DNA of 63,944 nucleotides, counting the filler, from Octopus bimaculoides (lineage: Eukaryota), in the NCBI RefSeq assembly GCF_001194135.2. It is 8 parts of 8 records of this genome, joined end to end, with 100 filler letters (N's around TTAATTAATTAA, not from the genome) between each part and the next. Parts side by side here need not be neighbours in the genome. Positions count along the whole stretch, not along the records: positions 12,208 to 35,312 come from NC_068990.1; positions 35,413 to 52,663 come from NC_068982.1; 6 more parts are not named here. One strand, 5' to 3'. Below, one piece after another: positions 26,950-40,121 of this stretch. The notes beneath the pieces are model-generated. The model saw only the letters and a program-made list of their open reading frames with translations, had not been told where the DNA came from and did no database searches. Made by a program: the position numbers and the translations under genes. Position 1 is the stretch's first letter. Every line of letters begins with the position of its first letter.

Positions 26950-27634
26950 GGAGAGAGTGAGAGAAGGAAAGAGAGGTGAGAGAGAAGTCAGAAATACATG
27001 TGCTGAGAAATTTAAGCGCGACTTCAGACATTACATAAACATTAGCAGAGATGAGAATGTACGTGCGTGGATAAGTGCGTATGTATGTATGTGTATGTGT
27101 ATGTGTGTGTGTGTATATATGTGTGTATGTATGTATGTATGTATGTATGAATGTATGAATGAATGTATGTATGTATGTATGTATGTGTTGTATGTATGTA
27201 TGTATGTATGTGTGTATGTATGTGTGTATGTATGTGTGTATAGATGTATGTATGTATGTATGTTTGTATGCATATATGTGTGTATGCATGTGCGTGTGTG
27301 TATGTATGTATTTATGTACGTATGTGTGTTCATGCCGGAAACCTTTCAGCCTTTGAGTCAGGCGAAGAACACGGTTCCGTGTTCAATTCCACTACGAGGT
27401 TATATCAAAACGTTTCCCGAACTAATAGTTCACCCATGGCTAGGTATGGTCTCATAGAATATTGGAAATGAATGACACCGCTTGTATGACGGTGACACTC
27501 ATTTACAACTGTAGCACAATGTCAAGACACGGAGTCACAAATGCCTTATTTCTCTTTCACTTTTTATATGTTTTCCACAAGTTTTCAACTTATATATATA
27601 TATATAATTGAAATTCACAGTAAAACAAAAGATG

Positions 27635-27760
27635 AAGACAGGTGTATGAACAACAAGCAGGTCTATTAGTTTAACGCTCAGGAAGGTGAGAAAGTCTTTT
27701 TACGTTTCGAGCCTACGCTCTTCAACAGAAAGGAGCACGAGGAAATAAACAGAAGGAGAA
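27635..27760 (-). mobile_element. Penelope-like terminal repeat fragment
   Basis: Minus strand CTGTTGAAGAGCGTAGGCTCGAAACGTAAAAAGACTTTCTCACC. Confidence 0.6.
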
Positions 27761-28185
27761 TTAAAAATAAGCTTTTGGAGTTAGTATACACACACACACA
27801 CACACACACACANNNNNNNNNNNNNNNNNNNNNNNNNNNNNNNNNNNNNNNNNNNNNNNNNNNNNNNNNNNNNNNNNNNNNNNNNNNNNNNNNNNNNNNN
27901 NNNNNNNNNNNNNNNNNNNNNNNNNNNNNNNNNNNNNNNNNNNNNNNNNNNNNNNNNNNNNNNNNNNNNNNNNNNNNNNNNNNNNNNNNNNNNNNNNNNN
28001 NNNNNNNNNNNNNNNNNNNNNNNNNNNNNNNNNNNNNNNNNNNNNNNNNNNNNNNNNNNNNNNNNNNNNNNNNNNNNNNNNNNNNNNNNNNNNNNNNNNN
28101 NNNNNNNNNNNNNNNNNNNNNNNNNNNNNNNNNNNTGTTAGTATCTCGCACACTACACACACAAACATAGTTAAACATATTCAAA

Positions 28186-28192
28186 TAGATAG

Positions 28193-28271
<79 letters not shown>
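28186..28271. repeat. (GATA)n tetranucleotide microsatellite
   Basis: Directly visible; a similar tract lies at 12280-12440. Confidence 0.95.
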
Positions 28272-28858
28272 TCCCCCCATTTTGATCACTTAGTACCTCT
28301 TTATAACTCTCTTTCTATCTCCCTCCCACTCTCACAAACATTCACAATCTCTATTTTCCTCCCTATCCCACTCTTTCTTTAAATACTTATCTGAAACCAT
28401 TCCTCCCTCCACTTGTTCACCCCTTTTACTCCCTCTCCCTTACTCATTTATCTCCTCCTTTCCTCTCACTTTCCTCCTACCTATATGTTCATTGATACTG
28501 CACTATTTCGATTACACCTAAAATAAAATAGTAAGGACTGAATAAAAAAGAAAAACATTCAGGCTAAACGATACAATCTCCCCAATTCTTACTTCCTTTT
28601 ATCATTGCCCTTTTTTCCCTTTCATTTTTTTCTTCCTATTTTAGTGAATTATCGGTTACTTTATCAAAAAAATTTGAATTCCAGGCTAAGCATTTAAAAA
28701 GTCGTCTGCAAACAAAGTGTATTTTGTCTTCGTCCGAAATGTTATCTGGTTGTAATAGAGTTCCGTTAATGTCGGCAGCGATCGAGATAATACGTGAAAT
28801 ATATATTATGGAAGCCGGTTGGCCGATAATACATGCATGCATACGTACATATATATGA

Positions 28859-28914
<56 letters not shown>

Positions 28915-28951
28915 TATGTATGTATATATATATGTATAAGTAATATGTAAG

Positions 28952-28985
<34 letters not shown>

Positions 28986-29179
28986 GTAAAAAAAATATAT
29001 ATGTACATTTATATAAGTGTGTGTGTGTATGTAGTGTGCTTATTTTCGGATATATGATCCACTACACTAACGATATATATATATATCGTCAGTGTGTATC
29101 TATATATATACATACATACATACATACATACATACATACATACATGTATATATACATACATACATACATACATGTATAT

Positions 29180-29211
<32 letters not shown>

Positions 29212-29697
29212 CCTCGTTCTGCGCATGTAACCCAAACATACTACCTTACGTATGTCACGTACGTATGCGTCTTCCACTGTGTGCATGTGTATGCATGTTT
29301 GTATATGAGTGTGTGTGCGTGTGCGTGTGTGTAGTTAGCGGTTAACATATATTTTTATGCGTGACACACATATATCGTGTGTGTGAATTTGTGTGGGGGG
29401 GGGGTGCCACTAAAATTCCGATTTGAACTGCAAATGAAGATGTGATTTTGTGACTCCGCTTTCTAAAGCGGCTAGTAGTGGCTTCCCTTTGAGTCGTTAG
29501 GTATAAATTAAAGCAGAAAAGAGAACGGAAACGATTTGGCAAGACTTGCCAGGGACATTTGATTTAGCTATGTAGTAAAATTTAGCCATATAATAAAAGG
29601 TTTAAAGTCTCTGGCAGCTGTTTCTAGAATGTCCCAGCTATTGGAATATCAGCGAAGATTCCATATGATGGGTATACCGTCTTTGGAGAGAGATAAA

Positions 29698-29966
29698 TTA
29701 AACATATGTAACATTTGATGAAAATTTCTCATCAACGATAATTATAGTTCATTATGTCTAAGAGAAAGTCATTTAATCCGATTGAAACGAGTATTCATTA
29801 GGTAAATCCATTTTACCTCGCCATCGATTACTATCGAACCATTCTCTCTGTTCATGGATTTACCGTTTTAATCGGATATAACTGGATTTCTCCTCCCTTC
29901 TAGACATAATGAACCATAACAGCTATCGTTGGTGAGGAATTTTCTTCCAATGTTACATATGTTTAA
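29698..29966. mobile_element. Unclassified foldback/MITE flanked by TTAA
   Basis: Arms AAACATATGTAACATT..AAAATT..CTCA.CAACGATA..TTCATTATGTCTA..ATCCGATT.AAACG..GTAAATCCAT in inverted orientation (about 110 bp each); TTAA at 29698-29701 and 29963-29966. Confidence 0.75.
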
Positions 29967-29974
29967 TCTCTCTC

Positions 29975-30059
<85 letters not shown>

Positions 30060-30704
30060 NNNNNNNNNNNNNNNNNNNNNNNNNNNNNNNNNNNNNNNNN
30101 NNNNNNNNNNNNNNNNNNNNNNNNNNNNNNNNNNNNNNNNNNNNNNNNNNNNNNNNNNNNNNNNNNNNNNNNNNNNNNNNNNNNNNNNNNNNNNNNNNNN
30201 NNNNNNNNNNNNNNNNNNNNNNNNNNNNNNNNNNNNNNNNNNNNNNNNNNNNNNNNNNNNNNNNNNNNNNNNNNNNNNNNNNNNNNNNNNNTATATATAT
30301 AAAATTATGTGTGCTTGCGTGTGCATGTGTGTGTGTATGCGTGTGTGTTTGTGTGATTGTGTGTGTGTGTGTGTGTGTGTGTGTTTTATAGCCGCCCAAA
30401 AAGTGAATTTTCTGCTTGTAATATTAATGATCATAATTTGAATGAAAGTCTTTTGAACTTTCCATTGTGACTGCTCTTAATATGAGGACTTTACAAACCC
30501 ACTCTATTTCTGCTTGCTTCTAGCCCCACCTTCTATTATTAAATCCTTGATTTTTCTAGATCAAAGATGAAGCTAGTTCTGTCTGTGCCTACTTTTACAC
30601 TTTGTAGAGAATATATTTCCTTTTCCTTTTCCTTTTCCCATTCTCCAACTTTTCAACTTCGCTTTTTCTTGCGCTAAGCGGATGAAAGAGCGAGATAGAG
30701 AGAT

Positions 30705-30743
<39 letters not shown>

Positions 30744-31159
30744 GAGCATTCTTCCCAGGAGATATATTTGGAAACTATCGATGGTAGTTATTCCGTTATA
30801 GAAGTTAAGCTTAACAGAACAAGGCGATAAGACAAGGCCACTTGGGTAAGGAATGACCATGCTTCTTTTCTCTTTTAATAATGCTTCTTGATCTTGTTCT
30901 TGTTCCAACCATGGCTGCCTCTGCGTAGGTATTTGTGTTGTTGTTTACTTTCTAAAACAGTAAGGAGAGAGGGTTGCTAGCACATCGCCCTCTACCCACA
31001 TTTTTCCCATCCACATCTTTACCATATGGGGCCCTAACAAAATCCGATAATAGGTATAGATGCAAATCTAATTACTTGTCTCCTAAAATCAGGCATAAAA
31101 TGGTAATCGGTCGACTTGCAACACCGTTCTTCGTAGGGTGTGTTTGTTGACAACAAGGT

Positions 31160-31480
31160 CAAGGTGAACTCTGATTGGCTGTATGAAAATGAGTTCGTAA
31201 CTGGGGTTCGGAACTCTCGTAGACAAAATATTTTGCGGACGGGACATCAGTTCGTCGGAAGGTCATCCATTTACAGCTGAGTGGACTGCAGTAACGTGAG
31301 AGGAAGTGTTTTGCTTCCGAACATAACTTACTGCACGGTTCAGGAATGGAAACCATGCTCTTACGATACCAACACCTTTTAACGACTGGGCCACGCACCT
31401 TCTTCAGTACGGTATTGGAGATGGAGATATCTTGGGGTGGTTGAGTATACACACTGAGCAATGATGGCGGCCATGTTACG
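31160..31480. promoter_or_regulatory. CpG-retaining promoter-like segment
   Basis: CTGATTGGCT (CCAAT box) near 31171, GAGGAAGTG (ETS) near 31300, GATGGCGGCCATGTT (YY1-like on both strands) at 31463-31477. Confidence 0.4.
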
Positions 31481-32518
31481 CCTTAATAGAATTTTGATCA
31501 ATCAGATTTACAGTCGAAGGTATTCCAGCAATCTCGTCTTGGTCTACATTTTTTAATCTGTCCTTCCTTTCTTTAGGATGTTAGAATACGATATGAGAGA
31601 GATTTGGTTGCTATTTCTATGTCACTACGAGACGATCTTGATGACTTGCAAGTCATTTGCAATGTTTGGTTAAACGACACATATTCTGGGTGAACGGCGG
31701 CGACCTATATGGTTTTCAAGTACAGCGCATTTGTAGTATAACTTCGTTTGCTTTTCGTTGAACTCTAACAAATTATATACATAATTGGATATTAAACATA
31801 ATTTTCAAAGGAATATTTTGTTGTTCATTGAAAAAAAAATAATCAGAATTTAATTAAAATGTTTCTATTATAAAAATCTGTAACCGAAATTTCAAACCCT
31901 CTTCTCATTTCGCTTATATCAAGACTGCAAACCTTATATAAATTTTTCATCAAACATTTCTGAAACTGTATTTTTCTATAGACATGCAAATATAAAGCAG
32001 ACATATATTTTATACACTCAAAGACACATAACTCTTATCGCCTCGAGCGAAAAACCAGCTTGCATGGAGATGATACAACTCGTTATGAAGATATTTGAAA
32101 TTTGCCGAAAATACAAAAAGGAATAAAAATGGTAAAAAAAAAAAAAAGAAAAAGAGAGAGAGAGAGAAAAAGGATCCAAAGAACCAATATACGGTAAATG
32201 CTTCGGGGCAACTAAGAGGGAAGAAAAAATGGTAAAAGCTGTTGGCTATTTTCGAAAAATTATTCGTTATTTGTTTATTTGTTTATTTATTTTTTTGCCA
32301 TCACTATAAAATATATAAGATGTATTTCTCAAGATTTTGGAATACTTGATATTATTATATATATATAATATATAATATATATACATACATATATGCATAC
32401 ATATACACGTGTACGCATACTTACATAGAAACATATATAAATGCATGTATGTATATATATATATTATATATATAAATATATGTATATACATGTATACATA
32501 TGTATGTGTATATATGTA

Positions 32519-32594
<76 letters not shown>

Positions 32595-32643
32595 CATACA
32601 TATGAATATATATGTGTATATATATACACATACATATATATGA

Positions 32644-32697
<54 letters not shown>

Positions 32698-32879
32698 ATA
32701 TGTTACTATTGTACTTGTTTGATGTATGATGTATGTTGTTGCTGTTGTTGTTATTGTTGCTTCTTGTTGTTGTTGTTGCTGGAATACTCTGGTTCTTCGA
32801 CTAATCTTAACGTTATCGATGATGTTGCTGTTGTTGTTGTAGATATGTCTCCTTAGATTTTTTCACACAGTTAATATGT

Positions 32880-32914
<35 letters not shown>

Positions 32915-33262
32915 AACGTTGTATCTGGTCGTTGTCGTTGTTGCTAAGGATATCGTCTTAGATTTCCTCCATAATTGTCATTGTTGATGACGATGCTTTG
33001 CGAAGAGTTTTTATTGTTGTTACCAATTTCTGGCTGTCGTCGTCGTCATCATTGTTGTTGTTGTTGTTGTTATTGGTGGAAAGGGAAAATCGGGATTTGG
33101 CAAACGGTTCTTTACAGTTCGATCCGGTTTTGTCGCTTTTAGTTTTAAAATCTTTTTTACAGACTCATCTTCCTTTTCTTTTTTTTTTCTTCATTTTCTC
33201 TGCTCCCAGTGTATAGGTTAGGCTCGTGTGTTTATACAAGTAAGGAGTGTGCAACTGTATGT

Positions 33263-33311
<49 letters not shown>

Positions 33312-33649
33312 GAGAGAGGAAGAGGAAAGAGAGTGAGAGAAACTGGTAGAAAGATGGAGAGGAGTAGATAGAAATGGAACAGAGAACAGTAGAACGCACA
33401 CACATGCACACATACACGCACACACACCACGCACACATACACGCACACGCACACGCACATATATGCACACACTCATATACATATATACATATATGTATGC
33501 ATACATGTATGTATGCATTTATACACACGAGCACCCATACACACATACACGCACACGCATATATGCTCACATATATATATATATATACATACATATATGT
33601 AAGCATACATGTATGTATGCTTTTACACACACATACACACACATATACG

Positions 33650-33702
<53 letters not shown>

Positions 33703-34112
33703 AGTATTCTTTACTCATTTTCTCTTTTACTTGTTCCACCTTGAGAACCGCGACCATGCTGGGGCACCGCCATTCGGTGTTACTACACCTTCATTAATTT
33801 GCTGAATGAAGCAGTTTGACGCTGCTACCCTCATCTGCACAAACTGTCGTGAAGTCACCTGGGTCTTTTCACACCAGGTAAACCGGTTTGGTTTTGAAAG
33901 GCATCGACATCCACCCCATGTAGGTCTCTCAGGTCCTTTGGGAGGATATTGAAAATCCCTTGGACCTTGAATCGTAAGCCATTGCAATATCTGGTCCTAT
34001 ATTTTGAGGACAACAGTAGAATATTGGGCACTATGCAATGGCGCCCTGATGCGGTATTAGCATACCGTTGGAAACGATGGTCAAAACGGCTTCGGATAAA
34101 TGTCCTCTAGGG

Positions 34113-34179
34113 CAGCGCTTTCCAAACTCTGGGTCCTGACACTTCAGTGGGTTGAGACAAAAAAGTTTGGAAAATGCTG
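34113..34179. mobile_element. 67-bp hAT (Charlie-type) mini-MITE
   Basis: TIRs CAGCGCTTTCCAAACT / CAGCATTTTCCAAACT (14/16); 8-bp TSD CTCTAGGG / CTCTAGAG. Confidence 0.85.
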
Positions 34180-34527
34180 CTCTAGAGGACCCATTATGGT
34201 TTCCTGCTCTCTTGTTTTGAAAGTTCTGAGAATCCATCCGGCCACGCTTCTCACTTCGTTGCCAACTTAGTAACATGCTCAGGTTAAGCACTTTTTATAA
34301 TTCTGTGAATGCAATTCCTCCAGGTGTAATGCATTTTGTCTCATTGCCTTTGTCTGCTTACTGCAAGTGTGTGTGTGTGTGTATATATATNNNNNNNNNN
34401 CACACATATATATACATACATACATACACATACATACACATACATACATACATATATATATGAAACTCAAAACGGAGACAACAGTTTAGTTTTAATAAAC
34501 TGTAAGCTCTACAAGTATTGAACTCAC

Positions 34528-34566
34528 ATTTCTCCTTTGTTCATTTTGCCATTTGTGCTGTGGAAA
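34528..34566 (-). CDS. Candidate 39-nt exon (FPQHKWQNEQRRN or FHSTNGKMNKGE), unassigned
   Basis: Acceptor aataattcttcag, donor AAT|gtgagt; length a multiple of 3. No homology recognised. Confidence 0.22.
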
Positions 34567-35412
34567 CTGAAGAATTATTTAATCATCTTCACGCCACAAT
34601 GTAAACAATTTCAAGGTAATAGGAACTGCAGGTTAGCTGAGTGGGCCCTATGTGTGTCACAGCTTATATAACAAACATTGTTTTAGCTATGAAACATTTG
34701 TAGGATTTTTTTACCCTTTCCATTCCATACAGTCTAGGATATATATATATGTGTGTGTGTGTGTATGCATGCATTTATGTATGTATGTATGTATGTATGT
34801 ATGTATGTATGCATGTATGTATGTATGCATGCATGTATGTATGTATGTATGTATGTATGTATGTATGTACGCACGTATGTGTATGTATGTATGGATGCAT
34901 ATGTATGCATGTATGTGTGTGTACGTATGTATCTGTGTGTGTATGTATGTACGTATGTGTTTGCGTGTGTCTGTGTGCTTGTATGTGCAAAAAAAAATAT
35001 ATGTATGTGTATATATATGTATATGTATATATATATATAGGCATGTATGTGTGTATATGTGTATATATGTGTATGTGCACACACACACAAACACACACAC
35101 AGAGTCAGAAAGTCTAGGCTGCGCACTGTTTGCACAAATTTTACCCGTTAAACTTTAATCTGCAAAATAGTGTAAGCTGTACTATTGTACTTAGACACAA
35201 GAGAACGTTAATGCCATAACACACACAGGCGCATACGCACACACACACATCCACACACACACACATTCACACACACACACACACGTATATATATATATAT
35301 ATATATATATATNNNNNNNNNNNNNNNNNNNNNNNNNNNNNNNNNNNNNNNNNNNNTTAATTAATTAANNNNNNNNNNNNNNNNNNNNNNNNNNNNNNNN
35401 NNNNNNNNNNNN

Positions 35413-35687
35413 GTGGAATCTAAAAACAGAAACAATTCCTATCATAGTAGGTGCCTTAGGTATAATAAAAAAATATTCAGACAAATACATAACAAAAATA
35501 CCAGGACTTACAAATATATATAACATACAGAAAATTGCACTACTGGGTACTGCACACATTCTACGCAAAACACTTTCAATACAGTAAACATAAGAGCCCC
35601 ACAGCAAACCACAGCACATACCCAAGGCGCACAGAGCTGCGCTCGGTAGTGAAGTGAAAGCACGTTATAAAAATAAAACTACTGAAC

Positions 35688-35722
<35 letters not shown>
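35413..35722 (+). mobile_element. R4/Dong non-LTR retrotransposon 3' end with (TAA)n tail
   Basis: WNLKTETIPIIVGALGIIKK..QKIALLGTAHILRKTLSIQ* matches the R4/Rex6/Dong C-terminus (PVVIGALG..QKSAVLGTAKILRR); short 3' UTR then (AAT)n. Confidence 0.9.
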
Positions 35723-35723
<1 letters not shown>

Positions 35724-35764
35724 TCACCATCATCATTTAACATCCGCCTTGATGATGATGATGA

Positions 35765-35836
<72 letters not shown>

Positions 35837-36528
35837 TGTTGCTATTTCTTCTTTCAATTTTGTCTCCATTTCTTGTCAAGTGTCTTCCTGACACGTCAAG
35901 AAACTCATTGATAGCCCTTTAAAATAAACACACCAGATTGTTCATTTAGAAAATCAAATAAAGTTATGTTGAAAAAAATTACCTACATGGATGGTAATAA
36001 TCCTTCCTACTATAGGTACTGGACCTGAAATAGGGCAAGAGGTCTAGTTGTTGATTACATCAACATCGGTGTTCGACTGGTACTTATTTTATCAACCCTG
36101 AAAGGATGAAAGGCAAAGTGGACCCCAGAAGAATTTGAACTAGGAACGTAAAAACAGATGAAGTGCCACTAAGCATTTTGTCCGGAATGCTGACAGTTCA
36201 GCCAACCCTTTCTACTACAGGCACATAGTCTGAAAGTCTTTTTGTAGGTTGAAGGCCAGTCAATTGCATCAATCCCTGTGATCAACTGGTATTTATTGCA
36301 TCGACCCCAAAAGGAGGAGAGGTGAAATCAGCTTTGGTAGTATTTGAACACAGAATACATACAAGGTCAGAAGAAATGTTGCTAAAGTAATAATAATGAT
36401 AGTAATATCAGAAATAACAACCATTATAGCAATTAGAATTTTTCATTTAGTTTAACAACTAAAAGACACACAATTACCATCATAATAAGAGATATTTGTG
36501 TTAAATAGGAAAAAAAAAACACACTTAC

Positions 36529-36564
36529 TTTAAGATATGTAAGTATCAGTAAATTTTCTAGATC
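36529..36564 (-). CDS. Candidate 36-nt phase-0/0 exon DLENLLILTYLK, unassigned
   Basis: Near-consensus acceptor cactttttttcag and donor AAA|gtaagt; only frame 0 is open. Confidence 0.3.
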
Positions 36565-37256
36565 CTGAAAAAAAGTGAAGCACACATTAACAGGAGGATG
36601 AAGTCTTTCAACACTGTTAAAGCACTTCTGATGTTTAAGTTAAAAAGCAACACAATATATTGTCCTCAATTCTAGTCTTTCATCAGATTACTCCAGGATA
36701 TAGTAATTAACCACCAAATTTTGGGATAGTCAAATAAAGTTTGTTTGAAAAGACAAAATTATTAAAAATGACAATAACAAAAAAAAAAGAACATGTAAAA
36801 CACAACCGGAAGCAGAGTATCATTTTCATGGTCACAACAAAAACAAAAAAGATACTGTATATACAATATATCACCATTAACATCATCATCATCATCATCT
36901 TTTACTGTCTGTTTTCCAGGCTGTTATGGATTAGATGGTTTGATAGATTCTGAGGAGGTCAAAAAATTGTCGTGGTTTTATGTTTACTTTAGACTGGTTT
37001 CTATGGATGGATACTCCTCCAAATGGAAATGGCATAATATATTGCAATGTTATCATCAGTCCAAATATGCTTGATACACATTCGAACTGGAGAACAAGCT
37101 ACTCACTGCATTTTTATCATGGAAAATATATCTCATTTGTTGACAAATGGTGTGTATACAGCTAGATCAAGCATATTCGGACTGATAATAACATTGTAAT
37201 TTCACTTACCACTGCTTAGCGCTCTCTCTCTCTCCAACTTTATATATATCTATATA

Positions 37257-37328
<72 letters not shown>

Positions 37329-37615
37329 AACATACATACATACATACATGCATACATACATACATACATACATACATACTGTAATGTGGTTGGCGTTTGG
37401 AAGGGCATCCAGCAATAAAAATCATGCCAAAACTAACTTTGCTTCTGCTAGTGCCACCTAAAAAGCACTGAGTCCACTGAGTGGTTGGTGTTAGGAAGGG
37501 GATCCAGCCATAAAATCCCTGCCAAAACAGACACAGTAGCCCAGAATAGTTTTTCTACCTGGCTGGCTCCTGTCATCCGTCCTACCCATGCATGCATGGA
37601 AGATGGACGTTAAAC

Positions 37616-37657
<42 letters not shown>

Positions 37658-38808
37658 ATGTATGTATGTATATATATATATATATTTACAGGGAATTAAT
37701 TGTATGGCCAGTCATAGAGTGATTAATGGTTTCACATCCATAAAGTGATTAGCCTTACAGACAACTCATCAGACTCCAATGGCAGTGCATGTATAACCTC
37801 TTTCCATACCGGGCAAAATGCTTAGCGGAACTTCATTTGTCTTTATGTTCTGAGTTTAAATTCTGCCAAAGTCAACTTTGCTTTCATCCTTTTGGGATCA
37901 ATAAAATAAATACCAGTCAATATATATATATCATCATCATCATCACTTAGCAACTGCTTTCCATGCTGGTATGGGTTAGACGGTTTGACTGGAACTGATA
38001 AGCCGGAGAGCTGTACCAGGCTCCAGTCTGATTTTGACTTAGCTACCACACATTTTTTTTCTACAGTGTAGTGAGTGTCTTTTACATGTCACCTTCATGG
38101 GTGTCTTTTACATGTCACCAGCATTGTCTAATCACACTTCTGATCACCAAACTTCTTGGCATCTTTAGCTCGAATTCCATCCTTGCACCTGTTGTTATAT
38201 GAAGGTACTCAATGATGTGTCTTTGCATAGCTAGGTTGAAATATATATCACCATCATCATCATACTATTATCCATTTTTTCATATTTGCATGGGTTGGAT
38301 GGAATTTGTTGAAGCAGATCTTCTACAGTTGGAGACCCTTCCTGTCACCAACCCTTACCTGTTTCTATGTAAGGTAATATGGCTAGTCATATTTTCACAG
38401 AAGATTGGAAATGATGGACACTGCTTATATGACAGTGACATTCATTTACAATAATCACATGATATCAAAACGTCACACACACAGACACACACACACACAC
38501 ACCACTAATGGTCTTGTCTTGATTCACATTTACTCATGTTCATATGTCCACTTTTATATGGCTTGTTTGTCCATTTATTGTTTGTTCATTCTTGTCCTGT
38601 CATGTTTTTGGTTCCATTTCCTGGCAGCTTCTTGTGCCAGCACCATCAGAAGGGAAACAATATTAACACTAAAGGTGCAAAATTGTGTGCAACCCTTTCG
38701 CCAATAACTGATGAGGAGTAGATGACTTACATCTGTTTTCTATTTGTTTGTGCATTTATATATCCTTCAACTTATTATATACATACATGTATGTGTGCGT
38801 GCATGCAC

Positions 38809-38848
<40 letters not shown>

Positions 38849-39059
38849 CAGGCTTCTTTCAGTTTCCATCTAACAAATACACTCACAAGGCTTTGGCCAA
38901 CCCAGGTTTGCCCAAGATGCCAGGTTATAGCACTGAAACTGGAGCACCACATAATTAGGAAGCAAACTTTTTATACATGCATGCATGCATACATACGTAC
39001 GTACATACATACATACATACATACATACATACATACATACATACATACATACATACGAC

Positions 39060-39345
39060 AAAGGACAAATGTACTGAGAGAAAAATTGGACATAAGAAGC
39101 ATCATATGCAGTGTGTAAGAGAGAAGACTGCACTCATATGATCATGTGATGCATATGGATTAAAACAGTTGCATAAAGAAGTGGCAATTGCTAAACATGG
39201 ATGGAACCTGTGGAAGAGGGAGATCCAGGAAGTTGTGAGATGAAGTAGTGGAAATTGATCTCAGGATATTGAGCCACATAGTAGAAATAACAAAGAACCA
39301 ACATGACTGGCAATATGTTGTGCTTGAGAAGACCTGTAATGCCAA
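39060..39345 (+). mobile_element. RTE-clade LINE C-terminal remnant
   Basis: RSIICSV*ERRLHSYDHVMHMD..GTCGRGRSRKL*DEVVEIDLR..DWQYVVLEKT corresponds to RRLRWYGHVxRM..GRGRPRKTW. Confidence 0.8.
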
Positions 39346-40085
39346 GCCTTCCTCAACAACTCATTTTCTAACACCTGCTTTTAACTCCTCCATCACTCTT
39401 CTAACTATAGCACTACTCAGCTTCTGTTCATGATACCTTTTAACAGCCTACAATTTACTTCCTATTATTATCACTCACCACCACCTCCTCCTCTTCCTCC
39501 ACTCTGACCCATGCTTATTTCCTTTATTTTCCCTCCTCCAAACTAATATGCTCCAGTGACCATTCTTCCAGACCATGTGTTCCATTCCCTGTGCCCATCC
39601 ACACCTTTGTCATTTTCCTTTCACACTCTCATGGACTTACCTACCTATCCACTCTTTCCAATACTCTATCACTACTCTTGCTCTTATATTCACCTTATAT
39701 CTTGGTACACCTTCACCATCTCTTTTTTATCTTTCCAGCTAGGAAAGCCATGTATCTTCTTTTCTACAAGACACTTGTTCCTATTCATATCTCCCACACT
39801 TTAACCTCTCAACACCTGGCATAAGGCTACCTTCCTCGATACTACACTTCCGTCCACTCAGTTGAAAGCTCTTGTCTTGTGAATTGCTAGATAACCTTAC
39901 AAATGCCTGTGCCACACAAAAAGCAGCCAGTACGCTCTGTAAAGTTCTTGGCATTAGGAAAAGCATACAGCTGTACAAGCAATGCCAAAGCGGACATTGA
40001 AATTCAGTTTAGTCCTTTAGCTTGTCAGTTCCTGTTGAACCTTCCCATGTGAACATAAAAAATGTATGTTAAAATAATGACAGCA

Positions 40086-40121
<36 letters not shown>

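Noticed and set aside
31461-31690. Plus-strand MMAAMLRLNRILINQIYSRRYSS, resembling a mitochondrial presequence, and a following exon-like DVRIRYERDL..
   Set aside because: 31480-31630 looks like a decayed copy of a common dispersed repeat (AAGGCATTCCAGC / GAGATTTGGTTGCTATTTCTA, also near 15220 and 47400-47480); the intron would be only 57 nt.
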